Source: Malacoraja senta (taxonomy: Eukaryota). From it: a stretch of 42,521 nt of DNA. The stretch is taken from NCBI GenBank assembly GCA_038087875.1, contig CM075994.1, positions 11,844,001 to 11,886,521 of the forward strand, given 5' to 3'. A model generated the notes under the pieces. The model had not been told where the DNA came from. It saw only the letters and a list, made by a program, of their open reading frames with translations, and made no database searches. Made by a program: the position numbers and the translations under genes. Positions 32,996-42,521 of the stretch are shown in pieces. Each line of letters starts with the position of its first letter. Within the stretch, counting starts at the first letter, position 1.

Positions 32996-35945
32996 CACCG
33001 ACCTCCACGTCGATGTTGCCGCCGACCTTCACCTGCCTACCGATGACGCCCAGGCTCGCCGCTTCTACGGTAACTCGGACTTCCTTCCCCTCGCCGATTC
33101 CTCCGAACCTCGCCGCCCCCCGGGACCTCCCAGCATCGCCGCCGGACCGGGCCCACTCTACACGGCCGCCGGACCGGGGATCCACGAACTTGGCCGCCGC
33201 ACCGCACCCTATGCACCCCGTCGCCTCACCGGGCTGGTCGAACCGCACCGCCCCACCGACCATCCGCCTACCGGGACCTCCCACGCATCGCCCGCGGACC
33301 CCGACTCTACTGCCCACGGACCCCGACCATCGGGTCCGCCGACCCTCGCCACTGCAACGCCCTCCAGCCCCACCGACCCCGACTCCACTGCCCACGGACC
33401 CCGACCGTCGGGTCCGCTGACCCTCGCCACTGCACCTCCCTCCAGCAGCCCGCAGCCGTCGCCTTACCTGCAAACTGGACTCTGTACTGGGCCTGAAGCC
33501 TCCACGCTGCTCACTCCCACTCTCCTGGGTTTGACTCCACTGGGTCCTAGCGCTAGTCTGCCTAGCCCTGGTTATCTCAGTAGCCGTTCCACTGATTCTT
33601 CCCCATCCCTCTCCAACTATGGGACCACTTCTCTTCCACACCCACACCACTGCCCTCTCACCCCCCCACCCCCTGACCACCCACCACCCCCCCACCACAC
33701 ATCGCCTCGTCCCCATTCCACCCACCTGCCTTCCTCCGGCCCCAACCCCCATCCCTGCCGGGTGTTCACCATCCCCCCCGACCTCCCCCTCTCTGACATC
33801 GAACGGTCTGTCCTCAGCAGAGGTCTTACCTTTGTCCCCCTCCGTCCCCATCTCAATGAGTTCCGTGCCCTCCATGACTTGGAACGCTTCTACCGTCGCC
33901 TCCGCCTCACAGCTCACTTCCATGGGAAGGAGTCCTCGCTCCCCACTGATGACCCCTTTTCCCGTCTCCAACGCACCCCATCCTCATGGAACCCCCCTCG
34001 TAGCCTTCCGGCTTTAGAACTCTTTATTAAAAACTGCCGCCGTGACATCAACCGCCTCAACTTCTCCACTCCCCTGTCTCACTCCAATCTCTCCCCCCCT
34101 GAACGCACTGCCATCGACTCACTCTGCAACAACCTAGATTGGGTTATCAAACCCGCCGACAAGGGAGGTGCCGTGGTAGTCTGGCGCGTCGACCTCTACA
34201 AAGCTGAGGCCACGCGCCAACTCTCGGACACCTCTTCCTACTTACCCTTGGACCATGACCCCACTGACGAGCACCAGGCCACCATCTCCAGCACCATCAC
34301 CAACTTCATCCACTCCCACGCCCTGCCCGAACGAGCCTCCAACCTCATCGTTCCCCAGCCCCGCACAGCCCGCTTTTACCTTCTCCCCAAAATCCACAAA
34401 CCTGACTGTCCCGGTAGACCCACTGTCTCTGCCTGTTCTTGCCCCACCGAACTCATCTCCACCTACCTCGACTCCATACTATCCCCCTTGGTTAAATCCC
34501 TCCCCACCTATGTTCAAGACACCTCAGACACTCTCCGTCATCTCCGCGCATTCCACTCTCTAGGCCCTCACCCCCTCATCTTCACCATGGACGTCCAGTC
34601 ACTGTACACCTCCATCCCCCACCAGGATGGTCTCAAAGCCCTCCGTTTTTTCCTCGACCGTAGAAGCAATTTATACCCGGCCACTGACACCCTCCTCCGC
34701 CTAGCGGAGCTGGTACTTACACTTAATAACTTTTCATTTGACTCCTCCCATTTCCTCCAAATACAAGGCGTAGCTATGGGCACACGCATGGGCCCCAGCT
34801 ACGCCTGCCTCTTTGTCGGGTACGTAGAACAATCCTTGTTCAATGCGTACCAGGGCCCCATCCCCGACCTCTACCTCCGCTACATCGATGATTGTTTTGG
34901 TGCCACATCCTGCACCCACACACAACTGACTGACTTCATCCGCTTCACCACCAACTTCCATCCGGCACTCAAATACACCTGGACCATTTCCGACACTTCC
35001 CTACCATTCCTTGACCTCACTATCTCCATCGCAGGTGATAGACTCCTTACCGACATCCACTACAAACCTACCGACTCCCATGGCTATCTGGACTACACTT
35101 CTTCCCACCTTGCTTCCTGTAAGGACTCCATCCCACACTCCCAATTCCTCCGTCTACGCCGCATCTGCTCCCAGGATGAGGCGTTCCACACCAGGGCATC
35201 TGAAATGTCCTCATTCTTCAGGGAACGGGGGTTCCCCTCCTCCACCATAGATGAGGCTCGCACCAGGGTCTCTGCCATACCCCGCAACACTGCTCTCTCT
35301 CCCCATCACCCCACTCACAACAAAGGCAGAGTCCCCCTAGTCCTCACCTTTCACCCCACCAGCCGTCACATACAACAAGTGATCCTCCGTCAGTTTCGCC
35401 ACCTCCAACGTGACCCCACCACTCGCCACATCTTCCCATCTCCCCCTATGTCTGCCTTCCGCAAAGACCGCTCCCTCCGTAACTCCCTTGTCAATTCTTC
35501 CCTTCCCTCCCATACCACCCCCTCCCCTGGTACTTTCCCTTGCAACCGCAAGAGATGCAACACTTGTCCCTTCACTTCCCCCCTCCACTCCATTCAAGGA
35601 CCCAAGCAGTCGTTCCAGGTGCAACAGAGGTTCACCTGCATCTCCTCCAACCTCATCTATTGCATTCGCTGCTCTAGATGCCAGCTGATCTACATCGGTG
35701 AGACCAAACGGAGGCTTGGCGATCGTTTCGCCGAACACCTCCGGTCGGTCCGCAATAACCAACCTGAACTCCCGGTGGCTCAGCACTTCAACTCCCCCTC
35801 CCATTCCGTATCTGACCTCTCTGTCCTGGGTCTCCTCCATGGCCACAGCGAGCAACACCGTAAATTGGAGGAAATGCACCTCATATTCCGCTTGGGCAGT
35901 CTACATCCTGGTGGCCTGAACGTTGAATTCTCCCAATTCTGCTAG
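32996..35945 (+). CDS. Penelope RT-GIY-YIG ORF, copy 1: open but 5'-truncated, no native start
   Basis: KPADKGG, LPKIHK, DVQSLYT, GVAMG, RYIDD, FLD, YKPT, CNRKRCNTC, LIY..YIGET..RFAEH; no internal stops. Confidence 0.85.
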
Positions 35946-36061
35946 CCCTGGCTGTCCCCTCCCCTTCATCAGCCATCTGGTTGTCTCCTCCCCTCCCCCA
36001 GCCCTCGGGCTCCTCCTCCGCCTTTTCCTTTTTTCCTTTCTTCTCCCCACCCCCTATCAGT

Positions 36062-36090
36062 CTGAAGAAGGGTTTCGGCCCGAAACGTTA
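36062..36090 (+). ncRNA. Minimal hammerhead-ribozyme-like core in the Penelope tail (also 39953-39981; variant at 25965-25992)
   Basis: CTGAAGA-A-GGGT(TTCG)GCCC-GAAACGTT; minimal hammerheads are known in Penelope pLTRs; helix I looks weak here. Confidence 0.55.
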
Positions 36091-36224
36091 CCAATTTCCT
36101 TCGCTCCATAGATGCTGCTGCACCCGCTGAGTTTCTCCAGCATTTTTGTGTACCTTCGATTTTCCAGCATCTGCAGTTCCTTCTTTAACACTTTGTCTAC
36201 TCCACTGCGAAATCTCGTCAAGGT

Positions 36225-39200
36225 ATGCCTACTTTGAAGAAGTTCTCCTCCTCTCTCCGGAGACTGTTCCACACCCAACTCGCTAACTGCCTCATCTCTG
36301 TGATCCCCCCTGCCCTCCAACTCTACGACCACATCCTTACCCAAACTCGATACCACAGCCACATCTGCTTCCTCGGGGCATGCCTGCGCCTCCATCTCAT
36401 ACCTCATGGCTTCCAGCTCCAGTTCCCTACTTCCCAGTTCGGACCTCAGCCGGACTATCGGTACCGACTGGCTATCTACCGGCATACCCAACAATTCTCC
36501 ACCCGGGCACTGAGATCCACACTGACTGCGATGCGCCGGCACCAGCAGGACCTCGCATGGACCCTCCCGGAACTTCGGGCCTCACTCACCCAGACCTGCA
36601 ACGGTCCTCAACTATACTTTATCCGCCGGAAGATCCACCTCTTCAATAAAAGATTCCTGGCCCACCTCAACTCCACCAAGGACCTTAAATTAGCCCGCCT
36701 CCAGGCCGCTCCCGCCGCCGACTCTCCGCGACTCGACCGCCCGCAGGCTCCGGGCCCCAACTCCGGCCCGCATCGCCTGCCCCGGTCCCGCGACGCCATC
36801 TTGTCCACGGTGAGCGACTCCAGTACTCACCAGGACGCCATCTTGTCCACGGGGAGCGCCTCCAGTACTCACCAGGACGCCGCCTTCACCGACCTCCACG
36901 TCGATGTTGCCGCCGACCTTCACCTGCCTACCGATGACGCCCAGGCTCGCCGCTTCTACGGTAACTCGGACTTCCTTCCCCTCGCCGATTCCTCCGAACC
37001 TCGCCGCCCCCCGGGACCTCCCAGCATCGCCGCCGGACCGGGCCCACTCTACACGGCCGCCGGACCGGGGATCCACGAACTTGGCCGCCGCACCGCACCC
37101 TATGCACCCCGTCGCCTCACCGGGCTGGTCGAACCGCGCCGCCCCACCGACCATCCGCCTACCGGGACCTCCCACGCATCGCCCGCGGACCCCGACTCTA
37201 CTGCCCACGGACCCCGACCATCGGGTCCGCCGACCCTCGCCACTGCACCGCCCTCCAGCCCCACCGACCCCGACTCCACTGCCCACGGACCCTGACCGTC
37301 GGGTCCGCTGACCCTCGCCACTGCACCTCCCTCCAGCAGCCCGCAGCCGTCGCCTTACCTGCAAACTGGACTCTGTACTGGGCCTGAAGCCTCCACGCTG
37401 CTCACTCCCACTCTCCTGGGTTTGACTCCACTGGGTCCTAGCGCTAGTCTGCCTAGCCCTGGTTATCTCAGTGGCCGTTCCACTGATTCTTCCCCATCCC
37501 TCTCCAACTATGGGACCACTTCTCTTCCACACCCACACCACTGCCCTCTCACCCCCCCACCCCCTGACCACCCACCACCCCCCCACCACACATCGCCTCG
37601 TCCCCATTCCACCCACCTGCCTTCCTCCGGCCCCAACCCCCATCCCTGCCGGGTGTTCACCATCCCCCCCGACCTCCCCCTCTCTGACATCGAACGGTCT
37701 GTCCTCAGCAGAGGTCTTACCTTTGTCCCCCTCCGTCCCCATCTCAATGAGTTCCGTGCCCTCCATGACTTGGAACGCTTCTACCGTCGCCTCCGCCTCA
37801 CAGCTCACTTCCATGGGAAGGAGTCCTCGCTCCCCACTGATGACCCCTTTTCCCGTCTCCAACGCACCCCATCCTCATGGAACCCCCCTCGTAGCCTTCC
37901 GGCTTTAGAACTCTTTATTAAAAACTGCCGCCGTGACATCAACCGCCTCAACTTCTCCACTCCCCTGTCTCACTCCAATCTCTCCCCCCCTGAACGTACT
38001 GCCATCGACTCACTCCGCAACAACCTAGATTGGGTTATCAAACCCGCCGACAAGGGAGGTGCCGTGGTAGTCTGGCGCGTCGACCTCTACAAAGCTGAGG
38101 CCACGCGCCAACTCTCGGACACCTCTTCCTACTTACCCTTGGACCATGACCCCACTGACGAGCACCAGGCCACCATCTCCAGCACCATCACCAACTTCAT
38201 CCACTCCCACGCCCTGCCCGAACGAGCCTCCAACCTCATCGTTCCCCAGCCCCGCACAGCCCGCTTTTACCTTCTCCCCAAAATCCACAAACCTGACTGT
38301 CCCGGTAGACCCACTGTCTCTGCCTGTTCTTGCCCCACCGAACTCATCTCCACCTACCTCGACTCCATACTATCCCCCTTGGTTAAATCCCTCCCCACCT
38401 ATGTTCAAGACACCTCAGACACTCTCCGTCATCTCCGCGCATTCCACTCTCTAGGCCCTCACCCCCTCATCTTCACCATGGACGTCCAGTCACTGTACAC
38501 CTCCATCCCCCACCAGGATGGTCTCAAAGCCCTCCGTTTTTTCCTCGACCGTAGAAGCAATTTATACCCGGCCACTGACACCCTCCTCCGCCTAGCGGAG
38601 CTGGTACTTACACTTAATAACTTTTCATTTGACTCCTCCCATTTCCTCCAAATACAAGGCGTAGCTATGGGCACACGCATGGGCCCCAGCTACGCCTGCC
38701 TCTTTGTCGGGTACGTAGAACAATCCTTGTTCAATGCGTACCAGGGCCCCATCCCCGACCTCTACCTCCGCTACATCGATGATTGTTTTGGTGCCACATC
38801 CTGCACCCACACACAACTGACTGACTTCATCCGCTTCACCACCAACTTCCATCCGGCACTCAAATACACCTGGACCATTTCCGACACTTCCCTACCATTC
38901 CTTGACCTCACTATCTCCATCGCAGGTGATAGACTCCTTACCGACATCCACTACAAACCTACCGACTCCCATGGCTATCTGGACTACACTTCTTCCCACC
39001 CTGCTTCCTGTAAGGACTCCATCCCCCACTCCCAATTCCTCCGTCTACGCCGCATCTGCTCCCAGGATGAGGCGTTCCACACCAGGGCATCTGAAATGTC
39101 CTCATTCTTCAGGGAACGGGGGTTCCCCTCCTCCACCATAGATGAGGCTCGCACCAGGGTCTCTGCCATACCCCGCGACACTGCTCTCTCTCCCCATCCC

Positions 39201-39836
39201 CCCACTCACAACAAAGGCAGAGTCCCCCTAGTCCTCACCTTTCACCCCACCAGCCGTCACATACAACAAGTGATCCTCCGTCAGTTTCGCCACCTCCAAC
39301 GTGACCCCACCACTCGCCACATCTTCCCATCTCCCCCTATGTCTGCCTTCCGCAAAGACCGCTCCCTCCGTAACTCCCTTGTCAATTCTTCCCTTCCCTC
39401 CCATACCACCCCCTCCCCTGGTACTTTCCCTTGCAACCGCAAGAGATGCAACACTTGTCCCTTCACTTCCCCCCTCCACTCCATTCAAGGACCCAAGCAG
39501 TCGTTCCAGGTGCGACAGAGGTTCACCTGCATCTCCTCCAACCTCATCTATTGCATTCGCTGCTCTAGATGCCAGCTGATCTACATCGGTGAGACCAAGC
39601 GGAGGCTTGGCGATCGTTTCGCCGAACACCTCCGGTCGGTCCGCAATAACCAACCTGAACTCCCGGTGGCTCAGCACTTCAACTCCCCCTCCCATTCCGT
39701 ATCTGACCTCTCTGTCCTGGGTCTCCTCCATGGCCACAGCGAGCAACACCGTAAATTGGAGGAAATGCACCTCATATTCCGCTTGGGCAGTCTACATCCT
39801 GGTGGCCTGAACGTTGAATTCTCCCAATTCTGCTAG
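36225..39836 (+). pseudogene. Penelope full-length ORF, copy 2 (~1203 codons) with a single nonsense codon TGA at 37293-37295
   Basis: ORFs 36225-37295 and 37422-39836 share a frame; copy 1 has CGA at the equivalent position 33402. Confidence 0.92.
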
Positions 39837-40104
39837 CCCTGGCTGTCCCCTCCCCTTCATCAGCCATCTGGTTGTCTCCTCCCCTCCCCCAGCCCTCGGG
39901 CTCCTCCTCCGCCTTTTCCTTTTTTCCTTTCTTCTCCCCACCCCCTATCAGTCTGAAGAAGGGTTTCGGCCCGAAACGTTACCTATTTCCTTCGCTCCAT
40001 AGATGCTGCTGCACCCGCTGAGTTTCTCCAGCATTTTTGTGTACCTTCTCTGAAGATCTTTCCTGGTCCAAGAACACTGATGCTATTATTAAGAAAGCAC
40101 GTAG

Positions 40105-42521
40105 CGTGGAGCTAGTAATATTTTTTTCTAAGGCTACGGAAGTCCTTAGATGGCGAGCCACGCTAGTGTGGCTATCACTAACTACACTAATTGTAGATGT
40201 AGTTTCTTTTTTTTTCTTGCACTTTACCAATCCTTTATTTTTTTACTTTTTTTATTTTTTAATTAACTACTATCTTAAACTTGAATTGAATTATGTATTA
40301 TTTATGGAGATATGTCCGGGAGGAAGATTTATTAGATTTAAAACTCATCTGTCCTGTGTTCGGGTGGAATGTCTGGTTTACTGTGCTGAGCTATCTGCTC
40401 TTTTATAGACTTTCCCAACCATAAGATGCAAGACGTTAATAGAAAAAACGGGGGTCAAGGAATTACTTTTTGTATCTGAAACGTTAAGGGAATTAATGAA
40501 CCAATCAAGAGAGGTAAAGTATTAGCACACTTGAAGTCACTCAATGCAGATATAAAATTTCTTCAGGAAACTCACCTTAAAAACGAAGCACAACATAGAC
40601 TGAAAGCAAAATGGATTGCTGAAAAGTATCATTCCTCATTCTCCCATAAGGCCAGAGGGGTCACAATTTTAATTCGTAAAGGTATACCTTTTAAACACAT
40701 ATCAACTATTGCGGACATTAATGGTAGATATATTATACTAGTGGGTGAATTATATCTAAAAAAAGTGATTCTTCTCAATGTTTATGGACCAAATTTTGAC
40801 AACCCTTTGTTTTTTAAGAATACACTTAATACTATCCCAGAACTCACATAACATAATTTGATAATTGGTGGAGATTTAAATTGTACACTAGATTCTTATC
40901 TAGTTAGATCATCAAGACAAAGAAAACTAAGATCCAATACAAGTGAATTATTAAATTCATACATTAATACTACTAATATTAATGTTTGGAGAACTGAAAA
41001 TCCATCCGGAAGGGAATATTCATTCTACTCACCGGTACATAAAACCTATTCAAGCATAGACTACTTTTTAGTAGATTCTAAACTTATCCCGTTTATTTAT
41101 AATTCGAAATATCATAATATTATAATTTCGGACCATGCTCCTTTAACATTTATGATCAAACTAAGTGGAATGACTGACTAAGTGGAATGACTGAGAAGCA
41201 GACACAATGGAGACTTAATCCTCAAATTTTAAATGATAAAGCATGTTACGAATATCTTATCACACAGATAAATATGTTTTTCGAGACCAATGACTGCCCT
41301 GAAATATCCGCCTCCCTCCTTTGGGAAACATTTAAAGCATTTATACGAGGAGCGTTAATCTCCGCGCAAGCCTTTCGTAATAAAGAGAATCGCGCCAAAC
41401 AAGATATTGGAAATGGAAATAAGACAGAAATTAGATATGGAAAATGTAATCGCGCCTCTACGATAATACATAATAAAATTGCTGCTCTCAAATATAAGTA
41501 AACCAAATATATTCAGATCAAATCATAAAACTTTATCAAAATACTAAACAACTACACTTTTGAGTTCAGTGATAAACCACAAAACTACTGGCCGTCAACT
41601 CCGGAAACAGGAAGGGAAAAAACAATTTATAAAACCAGATCAGACACGGAGAAATACTAACATTACCCAAGGATACTAATGATAGATTTTCTCAATACTA
41701 TCACACTTTACTCAACCAAACGACTGGGTGTTCTGCAGGAATGGAATAATTTTTACAGAAATGTAATCCTACAGGTTTAGATCTGAAAGAGAGGGAATTA
41801 TTGGGGACTGAAATATCAGTAAAAGATATTGAAGAATCTATTAGTTCTTTGAAAAACGGATATGCCGCTGGCCCTGATGGTTTAAATAGTGAATTTTATA
41901 AAAAAATGTCATGATCTGCTCTCCCCACGCTCACAGACATTATATACTCATGCCTTCACGCAACAGAAACTACCAGAAACCTTAAATGAATCAACAATAA
42001 TACTTATACCCAAAACGGATAAGTACCCTGAAGACCCAGGTTCATAGCGAGCAATTGCTCTCTTAAACACTGATCCGAAAATATTAACCAAAATTTTAGC
42101 CCATAGATTAAGTTTAGTGATCCATAAATTAATACACCCCGATCAAACAGGCTTTATTCCAAAACGCTATTCATATTATAATCTGAGACGATTATTTAAC
42201 ATTATATACTCAATGGAATAGCTAATGTAGATCTAGCAGTCATCTCGCTAGATGCTGAGAAAGCATTCGATCAAGTGGAATGGCCCTATTTATTTTCGGT
42301 GATAAAAAAATTTCAACTTGGTGAGAAGTTTTGCACATGGGTTAAGCTTTTATATACTAACCCAACAGCTAGAATAATGACAAATCAAATGTTATCAACA
42401 AAATTTGATTTATCTAAAGGTTGCAGACAAGGATGCCCGTTATCCCCGTTATTATTCGCCCTTGCTATCGAACCATTAGCAGAAAGTATTAGAGCACATC
42501 CAGAAATATATGGGTATAATA
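40105..42521 (+). mobile_element. Second L1 of a related subfamily: spacer plus ORF2 (EN and start of RT) from ATG 40426, decayed, runs off the window
   Basis: NVKG, FLQETH, NVYGPN, IGGDLN, IDYFL, SDH (APE endonuclease); [19 protein letters not shown]; spacer homologous to 1558-1890. Confidence 0.93.

Larger units (their letters stand above)
32994..40046 (+). mobile_element. Young tandem Penelope-like element (Neptune-type), ~1.8 units with period 3891 bp and 9-bp TSD TCTCTGAAG
   Basis: 32996-36155 is nearly identical to 36887-40046; TCTCTGAAG at 32985-32993 and 40047-40055. Confidence 0.95.
32246..40101 (+). mobile_element. Rex1/Babar LINE RT fragment (32246-32993 plus 40047-40101), split by the Penelope dimer
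   Basis: VPKK..LNDYRPVALT, MKCFERL, LDPLQF, FIDYSSAFNTI, GAPQGCVLSPLLY, ADDTT; FKFLGVRISE|DLSWSKNT rejoins across the insert. Confidence 0.92.

Noticed and set aside
32883..35945. 1020-aa ORF as a novel fusion gene
   Set aside because: Its first ~37 codons are out-of-frame Rex sequence from a GTG, read into a truncated Penelope by chance at the insertion junction.
32964..37862. Long antisense ORFs (335 aa and 390 aa, Gly/Arg-rich)
   Set aside because: Shadows of the extremely C-rich Penelope strand, with few stop codons and no recognisable domains.
1..42521. Targeted removal of catalytic modules across elements (L1 EN, ISL2EU DDE, DIRS MT motif, Gypsy IN)
   Set aside because: Catalytic domains make up much of each element, so random decay can explain this. 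Penelope copy 1 still keeps intact RT and EN.

Overview
Eukaryotic, vertebrate-type DNA made almost entirely of decayed, nested transposable elements. The mix of a V-SINE/HE1-like SINE, CR1, Rex-Babar, Neptune-type Penelope and L1 suggests a cartilaginous fish such as a skate or ray (inference). No host gene is evident. In order: an L1 lacking its endonuclease; a Penelope 5' fragment split by a ~10.3-kb ISL2EU-type DNA transposon (SWIM-YqaJ-PHD gene on +, THAP/HTH transposase remnant on -), which itself carries an L2-type tail, two nested MITEs and a complete-ended DIRS retrotransposon; a Blackjack-like hAT carrying a non-autonomous Helitron; a SINE; a CR1 split by another retroposon tail; a Penelope 3' fragment split by a Vingi/Ingi-like LINE; a second hAT-like transposase interrupted by a Gypsy element and an RTE fragment; a Rex-Babar LINE split by a young tandem Penelope dimer (9-bp TSD); and a second L1 running off the window. 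The most notable higher-order pattern is that 15 of 17 orientable insertions lie on the + strand, which resembles a unistrand piRNA cluster or transposon trap. All family assignments come from motif recognition by eye, not database searches.
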